Below are positions 29,396 through 39,570 of a stretch of DNA of 64,000 bases, in pieces. How positions within the stretch are numbered: position 1 is the first letter of the stretch; every line of letters begins with the position of its first letter. The notes below the pieces were generated by a model that was given only the letters and a program-made list of their open reading frames with translations, was not told where the DNA came from and ran no database searches. A program made the position numbers and the translations under genes. Source of the DNA: Fimbriimonadia bacterium. Lineage in GTDB: Bacteria > Armatimonadota > Fimbriimonadia > Fimbriimonadales > JABRVX01. The DNA is taken from assembly GCA_041483895.1 (NCBI GenBank), contig JBGPGO010000003.1:160001-224000 (forward strand). Reading direction: 5' to 3'.

Positions 29396-29722
29396 ATGCT
29401 TGAACGAATTCTGCAGGAATTGCACGGCGTACCAATCGTCCTGATCTCCATTGGGGTGATGGTATTCTTGATCTTGGTCGGAGAAGCACTGAAAGGGGTT
29501 TTCACGCGTCCCCACAACCGGCGTGACATGCGGGCGGTGAATGATTTGGAGACTGAGGTCGGATCATTAACTGCGGAGATGAAGGAATTGCGCGACATGG
29601 TGACGCAGCATTCGATGAGTCTTCAGCAGAACGTTGATTCTTTGGCCCATCGAGTGGACAGTTTGGAGAACAATCGCACCGAGAGCGAGCCGATCCAACA
29701 GCGGCTCGGGGCGGAAGGGTAG
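29396..29722 (+). CDS. Small single-TM coiled-coil protein (paralog 2 of 4)
   Basis: TM, TQHSMSL, ends QQRLG. Confidence 0.75.
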   Translation: MLERILQELHGVPIVLISIGVMVFLILVGEALKGVFTRPHNRRDMRAVNDLETEVGSLTAEMKELRDMVTQHSMSLQQNVDSLAHRVDSLENNRTESEPIQQRLGAEG

Positions 29723-29727
29723 GCGGG

Positions 29728-30036
29728 ATGGGACCGGGGGAGACTTTTGCGAGCTTTCTGTTTTTCGTCACAGTGATCACTCTCGTCTCTATTTTCACGC
29801 ATCATGCGCGCAAAATGGCGGAGATTCGGGCGGGCGCCCCGCAGAATCCTCAGTTGCCGGTGGAAGGTCTAGAGGCGATGCGACAAGAGTTTCTGACTCT
29901 CCGTGAAGGTATTACGTCGCATGCGATGAGCGTGGATCGGCGGTTGGAGTCCATGGAAGCGCGCTTCAAGCAACTCGAAGCGCAGACATCGGCCGGCCAA
30001 GATGTTCATCATCGCTTGGGCGGGGCGGGGGGTTAA
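29728..30036 (+). CDS. Small single-TM coiled-coil protein (paralog 3 of 4)
   Basis: TM then HARKMAEIR, TSHAMSVD, ends HRLG. Confidence 0.75.
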   Translation: MGPGETFASFLFFVTVITLVSIFTHHARKMAEIRAGAPQNPQLPVEGLEAMRQEFLTLREGITSHAMSVDRRLESMEARFKQLEAQTSAGQDVHHRLGGAGG

Positions 30037-30038
30037 CG

Positions 30039-30356
30039 ATGCCGAACATCGCCGGGATTCTTGCCCTGATGGTTCCGATTGTAGCGTTGTTTATCCCCAT
30101 CGTAGCGATCATTGTATCGCACAACCGAAAAATGGTCGAACTGCGGATGCAACATGAATTGATGATGCGCGGGCAGGGCCAGCTCGATACAGGCGCCGTG
30201 CCGGGACTTCGGGACGAGTTCGCAACGCTGCGCGAAAGCCTGACCGCGCACGCGATGAGCTTGGACGAGAACATGAAGGCGCTTGGTTCGCGGCTTACCG
30301 CCATCGAGAACAAAGTGAATGAGAAAGATCCGCAGTCGATTCGGTTGGGCGAATGA
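30039..30356 (+). CDS. Small single-TM coiled-coil protein (paralog 4 of 4)
   Basis: IPIVAII then HNRKMVELR, TAHAMSLD, ends IRLG. Confidence 0.75.
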   Translation: MPNIAGILALMVPIVALFIPIVAIIVSHNRKMVELRMQHELMMRGQGQLDTGAVPGLRDEFATLRESLTAHAMSLDENMKALGSRLTAIENKVNEKDPQSIRLGE

Positions 30357-30856
30357 TCGGCGCCGGTGATCGGTTCCTTGACTTCACGCTGGCGGACCGC
30401 GCCGGGAAATCCTACGATACAAGAACCGCACGGGCCGATGGGCCGCTCTTTGTCGCATTCTTCAAGATTAGCTGCTCCGTTTGCCAACTGGCGTTCCCAT
30501 ATCTGCAGCGCGTCGCCGATGCCTATCCGGGAATGAAGATTTGGGGGGTCAGTCAGAATTCTGCCGATGAGACATTGGATTTCGCGCGGCAGTACGGCAT
30601 TCGGTTTCCGGTGCTGTTCGACACGGATTTGTCGGTTACGGATGCGTTCGATTTGGTGTCCGTGCCGTCGCAGTATTTGGTGGGTGCGGATGGCGTTGTG
30701 CAAGAGTTCTGCGGCGGATGGTCCAAGGAGTTCATAGACGGCGTTACACGAGTCGCCGCGGATGCGTCCGGCGTGCCATTCCTGTCAGTGATTGGTCCAA
30801 CCGATTCTGTACCCGATTGGAAGCCCGGCTGAGGCAGCAAACGCGGGCCTCGGTGA
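30353..30856 (+). CDS. TlpA/AhpC-TSA family redoxin, putative C-terminal selenocysteine (TGA 30830-30832)
   Basis: FFKISCSVC CxxC, VP cis-Pro loop; KPG*GSKRGPR* followed by GGT-loop hairpin. Confidence 0.8.
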
Positions 30857-30861
30857 GGCCC
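30845..30861 (+). promoter_or_regulatory. Bacterial SECIS-like hairpin
   Basis: gggcctc-GGT-gaggccc perfect 7-bp stem; loop starts 20 nt after the UGA; no U-tract. Confidence 0.7.
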
Positions 30862-30975
30862 ATGTCGGCAAAGTCGGACTCGCATGGAATGACAGGCAAG
30901 AACCGTCGACGACTATAACTTCAGTCGTTTCGACCACGGCACTTTCTTCGCGATAAACTTCCCGCTCTTTTCGTT

Positions 30976-31491
30976 CTAGTGATAGACGACTGCTTTGCGA
31001 TGTTCCCGGCTGTAATCGTCCATATCCGGCACGATGATCGTCATCCGGCCACCGTCGTTCACGATCTCCGGAAATGCGGGTGGTCCAAAGCCTGCGGTGT
31101 CCAACAACAAAGCTGGCTTGTCGTTACGCATGCCGAGAATGTGAAGCCCAAAACCGCGACCGGCGGATTCTGTGACAATGATGAACCCGTTGCATTCCCA
31201 ACCATTTTCCAACCATGGAATGACGGAACAGACGTATGAACCAATCGACCTCGTCCAGACCATCTTCTTACCGCTATACAATCGGACGACATCCCCGTTT
31301 GGATCGTCAGAATGCACGGCGATAAGGCTCCATTCGCTTCCGTACGCATGGTACTGCCCAATCACCCATTCTTTCCCCTCTGCCATCTTCATAAATCGGT
31401 CCGCTCGCGCCTCAGGTGAAGTGTCAAGACGCTGCGGACCCGAAGCAAGTGAGAAAAGAATTGCAAGGATGAGAACTGTAAATCGGAACAT
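30976..31491 (-). CDS. Hypothetical exported protein (possible premature TAG)
   Basis: Signal peptide MFRFTVLILAILFSLA; frame stays open 20 codons beyond the TAG, to 30913. Confidence 0.6.
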   Translation of the reverse strand: MFRFTVLILAILFSLASGPQRLDTSPEARADRFMKMAEGKEWVIGQYHAYGSEWSLIAVHSDDPNGDVVRLYSGKKMVWTRSIGSYVCSVIPWLENGWECNGFIIVTESAGRGFGLHILGMRNDKPALLLDTAGFGPPAFPEIVNDGGRMTIIVPDMDDYSREHRKAVVYH

Positions 31492-31600
31492 GATAGGATT
31501 ATTACGCAAGGATGCCGCGATCGTCCAGACATTTTTTGATCGCTGTGCCAAAATGACGCGCCGGCACAATAGTCCGTGACACTTTGGGAGATGGCCATTT

Positions 31601-33589
31601 ATGATTAGGAAGATGATTGCGCTGATAGCGGCGTGGTCCACAATTGGCGGCGCCCAAGCGCAGGATGCGTCTTGGGTCATCGGTATGGAACAGCTGCATC
31701 GATTGGACCTTCTGCCTGCCTTCAAGAGATCGATCAGGATTGGCAGTGTAACCAGCTACGATCGCACCGGCGGAAACGATGACGGCTTCTCCGGCAAGTA
31801 TTCATTTGTCGGCAAAGAGGGCGAAAACCTGGTCCTCGCCGACCTGAAAGGGCCGGGATGCATCTACAGAATCCATACGCCCTCGCCGACCGACGATCTG
31901 CTTGAGTTCTACTTCGACGGCGAACCGTCGCCACGCATCAGGACTTCGTTCCGCGAGTTGTTCGCGGGGAAGACCCCGCCATTTGTCCGTCCTCTGGTTG
32001 ATGTCGCCGGTGGCGGCTATACCTGCTACGTTCCGCTCCCCTTCAAGAAATCTTGCAAGATACTATTGCGCGCAAAGCAGTTTCAGTTTTACGATCTAAA
32101 CTACGCGATCTATCCCGAAGATGCTCCGGTGAAAACATTTGATCCGAAGGTGACGGAAACTGATATGCGGAATATCGAAGCGGCGAAGGCTGTCTTCGCT
32201 GGTGGCAGGTCGAACGATCTGACGGCCTACAACGTGCCCGCCGGCGCCAAGCTGCGGAAGCAACAGTTCGATGCCCGCCTGGAGCCGGGAAAGAGCGTCA
32301 CACTATTTGAAACCAAACGCCCGGGACGGATAGCCAGTCTGCGGATCGGTCCCGCGGAAGCATTCGTCGGCAAGAGTCGCGACATTCTTTTACGCATCAC
32401 TTGGGATGGCGACAAGAAGCCCGCCGTTCTTTGCCCCGCAGGCGATTTCTTCGGGTACGCCTGGGGAAAGCCGGCGACCGGCGCCTGTCTGATTGGCACG
32501 TATGCCGGGGTCAACTACTGCAACCTGCCGATGCCATTTGACCGCGCCGCGAAAATCGAACTCGTCTCGCTGAGAAGCAGTGGGCCGGCCATAACCGTTC
32601 GCGGCGAAGTGGTTGTGGGCGATACACCCCGTCGCGCCTACGAAGGGAAATTCTACGCAGTGTGGCGTCGTGAGAATCCCACAACGGAAGGCAAGCCGTT
32701 TACGTTTCTCGAGACCAAAGGACGCGGGCATATTGTGGGGTTGGCTCTACAGGCGCAGGGGAAAGAGCCTGGCAATACCTCGTTCTTCGAAGGAGACGAT
32801 CAAACCACAATCGACGGCGAGCTTGTCATTCACGGTACAGGCTCGGAAGATTCTTTCAACGGTGGATGGTACGACGTGCCGGGACGATGGGACGGTCCTG
32901 TCGCCCGTGCATTGAGCGGATGCATGGTCTATCAGAAACAGCTCGGCCGGACCGGTGGATATCGTTTCATGCTTGGCGATGCATACAGTTATCGCGAGGG
33001 GATACTGCAAACGATCGAGCATGCGCCGGAGCGAAATGAACTCCCCGCCGATTACTGTTCCGTGACCTATCTCTATTCACAGAATCGACCGACCGCCAAT
33101 ATTGATATGCCGGATCGCGCCGCTCGGCAAGTGGAGGACCCTTCGAAGATAGTATTTGCCGCTCATTGGACGCTGCCAATCGGGTCGTTCAGTTTCGCCG
33201 ATGCAACGTTGAGCCGCAAGGCTGTACCCGCGGGCAACCAGCAGGTTCGATGCCTGTCGCTCAGGGCAAAGGGACAAGATTTCTTCGGTCCTCCGTTCCT
33301 GTCGCTCATCTGCGAACTTCCGGACAGCGGCAAGTATCAGGTGTTCATTGACGCCGTGAAGGGTCCCGAGCAGGGAAAAGTGCAGCTGTTTCAGGACGAG
33401 TCGCCCGTGGGCGATCCGGTCGATCTGTTTTCGGATAAACCTGCCTTGGCTAACGGCATTCTCATGGGCGACTTCGCGGGTGTGGAAGGCAACAACACCG
33501 TCATGTTTAAGATCGTGGGAAAGAATGACGCTTCCGCTGCCCTTGGCTTCGACCTGGTCAATATTGTCTTCGTAAAAGCATCGCAATAG
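31601..33589 (+). CDS. DUF2961 / GH172-like glycoside hydrolase, secreted
   Basis: SYDRTGGNDDG, GPGCIYRI, GDFFG, LPMPF, FFEGDD, GTGSEDSFNGGWY. Confidence 0.88.
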   Translation: MIRKMIALIAAWSTIGGAQAQDASWVIGMEQLHRLDLLPAFKRSIRIGSVTSYDRTGGNDDGFSGKYSFVGKEGENLVLADLKGPGCIYRIHTPSPTDDLLEFYFDGEPSPRIRTSFRELFAGKTPPFVRPLVDVAGGGYTCYVPLPFKKSCKILLRAKQFQFYDLNYAIYPEDAPVKTFDPKVTETDMRNIEAAKAVFAGGRSNDLTAYNVPAGAKLRKQQFDARLEPGKSVTLFETKRPGRIASLRIGPAEAFVGKSRDILLRITWDGDKKPAVLCPAGDFFGYAWGKPATGACLIGTYAGVNYCNLPMPFDRAAKIELVSLRSSGPAITVRGEVVVGDTPRRAYEGKFYAVWRRENPTTEGKPFTFLETKGRGHIVGLALQAQGKEPGNTSFFEGDDQTTIDGELVIHGTGSEDSFNGGWYDVPGRWDGPVARALSGCMVYQKQLGRTGGYRFMLGDAYSYREGILQTIEHAPERNELPADYCSVTYLYSQNRPTANIDMPDRAARQVEDPSKIVFAAHWTLPIGSFSFADATLSRKAVPAGNQQVRCLSLRAKGQDFFGPPFLSLICELPDSGKYQVFIDAVKGPEQGKVQLFQDESPVGDPVDLFSDKPALANGILMGDFAGVEGNNTVMFKIVGKNDASAALGFDLVNIVFVKASQ

Positions 33590-33616
33590 GCGTCTTCATC
33601 CAAGAAGCTGCGGCAG

Positions 33617-34519
33617 CTACTTGATGGCAACAATCTGAATGCCGCTCTCGAAGGGCCACGTCAAGCGGGTTAAGAGACTCGTCTTTATTCCACTCCCTGG
33701 GGCCAAGGGCGACATCCCTCTTTGTTCGGGGCTTCGCAATCTATGTGCATAGACGCTTCGAACGCCAATGCGCTTGAGTTCGCGGACGATATCAATCGGG
33801 CTGGAATAGTAGACTAAATCCCGATCGCCGCCGACGAACCCTTCCGTGTCCAAATCAGGTCGCACATAAACAAAACTCGGTTTAGGCCAAAGCAGTTTTC
33901 GAATCGTCAATCCAACGTTGCGCCAGAGTCGCCTCTTTGCCTGAGTCATGGTTTCCGCAAGCCAATTTCGACCCTTTCCACCGCGCTTTAGGTCTCGGAT
34001 GTCTCGAATGGAATCGAAGACGGACGTTGTGTTTGGGGCATGAATGTAAAGTAGGCCACCCGACTTGAGTACCCGGACCATTTCACGGAGGGCCGCCGGA
34101 ATGTCAGGGACATGCTCGATCATCTCAAACGACGTTATCGCGTCGACGGATTCGGTACGAAAAGGCAACCGGATCACGTCACCGACCGCTGTCGGTTGAT
34201 TGCACAATCCTCGCGTCTTACCCTCGCGAAGCATCTTGAGCGAAAGATCGCACCCGAACGCATTTCCCAGATGCTCGGACAATATTTCGGTTGTCTGACC
34301 GCAGCCACAACCGACGTCAAGGACGAGTTGTCCCGGCTTCAGCCACCGCAGAATGGGATTGACCGCGCCGCGGTGATGGTCGAGACCGTAGTCGGCAAAA
34401 TGCGATGCATAATCTTCGGACTCCTTGTAAAACGTGCGTATCGCGTCGCGGTCGAGGTTGGTGGGCCCACGCGTTTCTGGCTCGTTTTCGACGGAGAGAA
34501 TGGACTGTAGGAGACCCAT
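33617..34519 (-). CDS. Class I SAM-dependent methyltransferase
   Basis: VLDVGCGCG, LPF..ESVD, IEHVPD...RVLKSGG. Confidence 0.9.
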   Translation of the reverse strand: MGLLQSILSVENEPETRGPTNLDRDAIRTFYKESEDYASHFADYGLDHHRGAVNPILRWLKPGQLVLDVGCGCGQTTEILSEHLGNAFGCDLSLKMLREGKTRGLCNQPTAVGDVIRLPFRTESVDAITSFEMIEHVPDIPAALREMVRVLKSGGLLYIHAPNTTSVFDSIRDIRDLKRGGKGRNWLAETMTQAKRRLWRNVGLTIRKLLWPKPSFVYVRPDLDTEGFVGGDRDLVYYSSPIDIVRELKRIGVRSVYAHRLRSPEQRGMSPLAPGSGIKTSLLTRLTWPFESGIQIVAIK

Positions 34520-34595
34520 GCGAGGATATCATTCTACCCGGCGAGGGGTTTTTCATGTGATAACGCTACTGGAGTGAATTAACAAGCATTGCTCT

Positions 34596-34751
34596 GTAGT
34601 CGCGGGCCAGGCTAGCAATTCCTTTCGAGCGTTGATCGACAAAGGCCCGCGTTGGCACCGTTTCCCCGTTCCATTCCCGTTGTAGCACGGTTGCAACGCG
34701 GGCCTTTGATCGTGGCACTCGCTCGGCTCCGGTAAGCTGACCCGCGTCTAC
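34596..34751. repeat. GTAG-bounded REPIN-like element
   Basis: GTAGTCGCGGGCC..AAGGCCCGCG and CGCGGGCCTT..GACCCGCGTCTAC: two inverted long-loop hairpins. Confidence 0.8.
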
Positions 34752-34756
34752 ACTTT

Positions 34757-35581
34757 CTAGGATTTTAGCCACGGAGCGCGGAAGAGTTCCCATTGGCCCC
34801 GCGAGGTATCTTGCAGCGCCGCCTTCACCCCGAACATTTCCGACCACATCGCAGCGATCTGCGCCTCCTCCGGCCGCTTCCCATCATCCAGCACCACCAG
34901 GGAGCTCTCCCCCATCTGGTTCAAGAACGTCGGCAGGGCAGGGTATCGCGCGAGCGGGCAGGTGTCTCCCTTCGGCCCGTCGACGAGCAGCGCATCGATC
35001 CGACCAAGAGCGAGCGCTGGTTGGATGGATTCCTTTGCGTACCACTGGAATGTACGGCCATCGAGAGACAACGCCGCCAGAGGGGCGGTCAGCACCGTCG
35101 CGTATTCTGTGAGGCCCCGCTCCGACAGCATCTGCCAGACAAAATCCGCCCATTTCGCGTCATGTTCCAACGCATAAACGTGACCTTTTCCCGTCAGCTT
35201 AAACTCCCTGGCGAGCACGACTGTCGAGATTCCGGACCCGAATTCAACCACGGTCGTCCACCCGTTGATGCGCACCATTCCCACAAACCGCAACAGCGCG
35301 TCGGGCGCCAACGCCCAAATGCTCCACGGCAGGATGGGCGCTTCCTCCTTGGGGTAGATGACGGCCATCGCCGCTGCCTCTTGAATGAAGTAGTAATTGC
35401 GAAAGATTTGCGCCCACAAAGCATCCTTCCAGCGATGAATGAAGAACAGTGCCGCGCTGACTGCCGCCACAGACCCTGCGAGAGCGCCGTACCCCTTGGC
35501 GATCTGCTCCACGCCTATCCCAACCCCACAGCCGACGATGAGGCAAACGGCTGAAAATTTTGCGCCCTTCATCACTGACAT
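34757..35581 (-). CDS. Membrane-anchored class I SAM methyltransferase (Methyltransf_24-like)
   Basis: Two N-terminal TMs; VVEFGSGIST, LEHD, LLVDGP, ARYPALP, LDD. Confidence 0.85.
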   Translation of the reverse strand: MSVMKGAKFSAVCLIVGCGVGIGVEQIAKGYGALAGSVAAVSAALFFIHRWKDALWAQIFRNYYFIQEAAAMAVIYPKEEAPILPWSIWALAPDALLRFVGMVRINGWTTVVEFGSGISTVVLAREFKLTGKGHVYALEHDAKWADFVWQMLSERGLTEYATVLTAPLAALSLDGRTFQWYAKESIQPALALGRIDALLVDGPKGDTCPLARYPALPTFLNQMGESSLVVLDDGKRPEEAQIAAMWSEMFGVKAALQDTSRGQWELFRAPWLKS

Positions 35582-35665
35582 ATCCCAACCTCCACCCGAC
35601 CCCCTGAATTTTTGGTCGCCGGGAACCGGTACTATACCTAGGCCCGGCAAACGGCCCACGAAAGC

Positions 35666-36790
35666 ATGAATTTCCTTACCTTTGTCCATCGAGCCAACCC
35701 GGAAGTGCCCACGAACCCGGTGCAGCTTCCCCGAGGCCTTGCTCTCTCCGGCAACTGCATCCTGATGGTAGAGGTGCGCGACCGGCTGACCTCCCGGACG
35801 CTTCAACCATGGTTATGGAATCGATTGGAGATTCACGAAGATCGCCCGAATCTCCACGTTCTGACCTACACTCCCGCGCTGCCATCCAAGGCCGGATTCG
35901 CGCCGTCCGCCCTCGCCCAGTTTCGCAGCGCTGTGGAACGCGGGATTGCGGCGATCTTCGGATCGGATCGTCCAACGCTGCTTCTGTTTAGTCCCAATGA
36001 GGCGCGATTTAAGGTTGTTGTGCCGGACCTGAAATTCGTTTACCGGGTGATCGACGACTATCCGACGATGCCATTCTATGCGGCCGATCCCGAGGGTTGC
36101 CGATTGTTGGATGAACGGCTTTGCCGAGAGGCCCTTGCCGTCGCGCCCAGCAATCCGAAATTACTACGCCAACGGGCCGAATTCAACCCAAACCATATCT
36201 TGATTCCGAACGGAGTGGACTACGACCATTTTTCCGCGCCGACCGATGTGCCGCACGACATCGGCGCGCTGCCGCATCCCGTCATCGGCTTCGCGGGGGC
36301 GCTGGATTCTTACAAAATGGATTGGAAACTGGTCGCCGAACTCGCGGCACTGCGTCCCGATTGGAGCTGGATCCTGATCGGCAAGATCGGGGTGAGCGAC
36401 GGAACTCACGCGGCCACGCTTCCGAAGGCTCCCAATCTCCACTATCTTGGATTCCGCGCGTATCAATCGCTGCCGGGCTATCTGAAGAGTTTCGATGTCG
36501 GCATGATTCCTTATGCGGTCAACGATTACACGGAAGGGATCTCACCCCTCAAGCTGTACGAGTATTTGGCTGTAGGCCTGCCGGTGGTCTCCACCCCGCT
36601 GCCGTTTGCGCGGGAGGCAGGTGAGGCGGTGCGAGTCGGGCACGATGCGAAGGAGTTCGTTCACGCCATCGAATCGGCGTTGGCGGAGCAGGGGAGGGAA
36701 GACCACCGAAAGGAATTAGCCAAAGCGAACTCCTGGGAGGTCCGAGGCCGCGTCCTCGTTGACTACCTCCGCTCGCTGGGACTTTCCTAG
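35666..36790 (+). CDS. Glycosyltransferase (GT4-like)
   Basis: IPNGVD, IGFAGAL, SPLKLYEYLAVGLPVVST. Confidence 0.9.
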   Translation: MNFLTFVHRANPEVPTNPVQLPRGLALSGNCILMVEVRDRLTSRTLQPWLWNRLEIHEDRPNLHVLTYTPALPSKAGFAPSALAQFRSAVERGIAAIFGSDRPTLLLFSPNEARFKVVVPDLKFVYRVIDDYPTMPFYAADPEGCRLLDERLCREALAVAPSNPKLLRQRAEFNPNHILIPNGVDYDHFSAPTDVPHDIGALPHPVIGFAGALDSYKMDWKLVAELAALRPDWSWILIGKIGVSDGTHAATLPKAPNLHYLGFRAYQSLPGYLKSFDVGMIPYAVNDYTEGISPLKLYEYLAVGLPVVSTPLPFAREAGEAVRVGHDAKEFVHAIESALAEQGREDHRKELAKANSWEVRGRVLVDYLRSLGLS

Positions 36791-38002
36791 CGGCAAAATC
36801 TCCGCGATGACCGACTCGACGCTGTCAACCATCGCCTCCAATGTGTAGCGTTTTTCAGCATGGGCCCGAAGGTTGGCGGAGAGCTGCGCGCGCAGGCCGG
36901 GATTGGACAGGAGAGAGTGCATGGCGTCTGCCAGCTCCCTCACGTCGCCGGGTTTTACCAAGATCGCCCGCTCCGTTCCGGCAAGCTCCGAACCCAATCC
37001 CGCTCGGTTGGATGCGATAACCGCCAGGCCAGCGGCAGCCCCTTCGATGAGGACGTAGGGATGGCCTTCGTATCGAATGGATGGCAGAAGCAAGATGTCT
37101 GAGGCGTTGTAGTACGCCTGGACGCTGTCCTGTGGCACAGGGCCGGTGAAAATTATGCGGTCAGTGACACGAAGCTCCTGGGCGATTTGCCGTAAGCGCT
37201 GCTCCTCCGGACCTCCGCCGACAATGAGCAGCCTCGCGCTCTCGGGAGGGGAACAAACGGCAAATGCCCTTATGGCCCGATCGAATGCCTTGTCGGTCGC
37301 CAATCGGCCGCTGCAAAGCAAATACGTTCGATCCTGTTCCAGACCCAGCGCTCTTCGCGTGTCCAACCGGCTTTGGTCGGTGGGGAGGGGCGGCAGGGGG
37401 ATCCCGTTTGGGATCACCCGAACCTTTTCTTCCGGAACAAGATAGAAGTGTTTGCACTGTTCGGCCACGTATTCGCTGACGCAGACAACTCGCTCCGCGC
37501 GAAACGCAGCCCGATCCCGGATGATGGATGCCGCCATTCCTGGAAGGTGCTTGAACAGAAAGCGCAGCGCCTTTCCTGGGCCGGTGTCCGCGGCGATAAC
37601 GGACAAGTGCTCGGATATCCAGGTGCCATGCATAAATATGATCGCAGGGGGCCTATCAGGAGGATGCAGCGTGCGCATCGTCATCGTCGCGGATCCGGAC
37701 TCGGCCAGAAGGACATCGAATTGATGTGGCTGACGAAGACGCTCCAAAACCGCATGTCCAAAGGCAGGGGAGTGAATGCAGGTCGGCGTGTCGGCCAGGA
37801 ACCGGGTCAGAACGCCGCCGTGCTCATCCGTAGCCATGCCCTGCTCATGGGCTGTTGTCCAGACCTCGACGCAATTGCCGCGGCGGGACAACTCCCCGGC
37901 AAGATCGCGCGCATGGCGCTCCAAACCGCCGATTCGGTGCTGAACCACGCAACGGCTGACGAGAAGAATCTTGAGTGGCTCTCTCGCGGCCACCTGAGTC
38001 AC
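36716..38002 (-). CDS. Glycosyltransferase family 4
   Basis: GGLE, VIPNGI, GRL..DK, YEGHPYVLIEGAAAG; 3' end overlaps the convergent GT gene. Confidence 0.9.
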   Translation of the reverse strand: MTQVAAREPLKILLVSRCVVQHRIGGLERHARDLAGELSRRGNCVEVWTTAHEQGMATDEHGGVLTRFLADTPTCIHSPAFGHAVLERLRQPHQFDVLLAESGSATMTMRTLHPPDRPPAIIFMHGTWISEHLSVIAADTGPGKALRFLFKHLPGMAASIIRDRAAFRAERVVCVSEYVAEQCKHFYLVPEEKVRVIPNGIPLPPLPTDQSRLDTRRALGLEQDRTYLLCSGRLATDKAFDRAIRAFAVCSPPESARLLIVGGGPEEQRLRQIAQELRVTDRIIFTGPVPQDSVQAYYNASDILLLPSIRYEGHPYVLIEGAAAGLAVIASNRAGLGSELAGTERAILVKPGDVRELADAMHSLLSNPGLRAQLSANLRAHAEKRYTLEAMVDSVESVIAEILPLGKSQRAEVVNEDAASDLPGVRFG

Positions 38003-39567
38003 GCAGCGATTGCCTCAGCGGCGGTGATATTGGATTGTTCGTCGAGGTCTTTGCGCGAGATGGCCTGAGTGAGGCCGATGACCACGGCGGTTGTCGTCAC
38101 GGGCGCAACGAGGAAGAAGTTCGGTTGGACCCAAGAACCGGCCAACATGGCAAGCATATAGGCGGTTCCGCCCCAAATGAATCCGCGCGCCGAGGGTTCG
38201 CGCAATTTCCTCACGCGCCGCATGCTCACAAATATGGGAACACACAGCAGAATCAGCAGCGGAAGCGTGGTGAGAACCCCTCCCGTGGCAAGAACATACA
38301 CGTATGAGTTGTGCATGAACGGTTGGAAGTTTGCCCGTTTGGTCCCACTGGCTGTGGGCTCATAGGATCGCCTCAGGTAATACCCCGGCCCCTGTCCAAT
38401 TGCGGGGTGTGCGAGGAAGCGAGGCCATGCCTGCTCCACCTCCAACATTCGCTCATGGTAGCCGCCCTCTTCGTATTCGCGCACATCGAAAGTTTGGGTG
38501 AACCGGATTCCCACTTCATCGAACACTCCGGCCAAGCGATCGCCGAATTGTGGGACGCAGACCGCCATCGTCGCGACGACAACCGCGACCCAGAAGGAAT
38601 CCCGGAAAGCGATCCATCGCATGGTCTTGGTTGAGAAGAACCATATGAATGAAGTACCCAGAAGAACGCCGACATACCCATTGCGTCCTTTGTTCATGGC
38701 GACGGCCACCATAAACGCGAGGAAAGCGATGAAATACCAACGCTTCTTGCGCTCGTCGTCAACGTGCATATAGAGACCGAACGAGATCAACGTCATCGCT
38801 ACCATCAACATCGCGCTCGGCAACCGCACGGCAAGGCCGGAACCGCGTGCGGAGACGTCGACCAGTCCGAATAGGTCACCCCATCCATACTGGCCAAAGA
38901 AGTAGAAGTAGTACGTTTGGCACGCGCAGGCCAAACTCATCGCGAACAGCAAGTTGATAAACGATCGGAGCCGATCCTGACGCCGAAGGTAAATGATCAT
39001 GGGCAGGATGAGCAGGTAATGGACCATCTGGCCATACTGATTCCAAATGTCATCCCAACCGCGCTCCAGCATCATGACCGCCGCGACCATTTGTGTAAGG
39101 ACGATCGCGTAGAAAACGAGCGGCGTCATCATCACAGCGTCAAGTTTGGGCCGCTCGTGGGGTCGTTCCTTGAGGTATTCCCATGCGGCAAACACCAGCA
39201 GCAGTCCCAAAACAACTTCGGCCGTGTTGAACACGTTGAACTTCAGCGCCATTTGGCTCCACGCGCCGAAACCAAACAATGTCGCATTCAGGATAAAGAC
39301 AATGCCGATCAGACTGTCGGGCGAGCGCGCGACCAATACAAATCCAATGATGCCGGCAATGAAGGCAATGGACATCTTCAACGCCTCTCTCCCCTCAAGA
39401 TCGCCCATGAGGAGATAGAGGACGACACCGCACAAAAGGACGATCGTGCCGACAACGGCATTGAACCGCCACTCGGGAGTCATGACGTTGAACCAGCTTC
39501 GCCGCTGCCTCGCGAAGGAAAGGCGGAAGTTGTGCGTCAGTTGTTCGAGGCCGCTGCGTATAACCAT
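37999..39567 (-). CDS. O-antigen ligase/Wzy-like polytopic membrane protein
   Basis: Many TMs; GRNG, R...W..F..HP.IGQGPG and HNSY (Wzy_C). Confidence 0.82.
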   Translation of the reverse strand: MVIRSGLEQLTHNFRLSFARQRRSWFNVMTPEWRFNAVVGTIVLLCGVVLYLLMGDLEGREALKMSIAFIAGIIGFVLVARSPDSLIGIVFILNATLFGFGAWSQMALKFNVFNTAEVVLGLLLVFAAWEYLKERPHERPKLDAVMMTPLVFYAIVLTQMVAAVMMLERGWDDIWNQYGQMVHYLLILPMIIYLRRQDRLRSFINLLFAMSLACACQTYYFYFFGQYGWGDLFGLVDVSARGSGLAVRLPSAMLMVAMTLISFGLYMHVDDERKKRWYFIAFLAFMVAVAMNKGRNGYVGVLLGTSFIWFFSTKTMRWIAFRDSFWVAVVVATMAVCVPQFGDRLAGVFDEVGIRFTQTFDVREYEEGGYHERMLEVEQAWPRFLAHPAIGQGPGYYLRRSYEPTASGTKRANFQPFMHNSYVYVLATGGVLTTLPLLILLCVPIFVSMRRVRKLREPSARGFIWGGTAYMLAMLAGSWVQPNFFLVAPVTTTAVVIGLTQAISRKDLDEQSNITAAEAIAA

Positions 39568-39570
39568 GGT

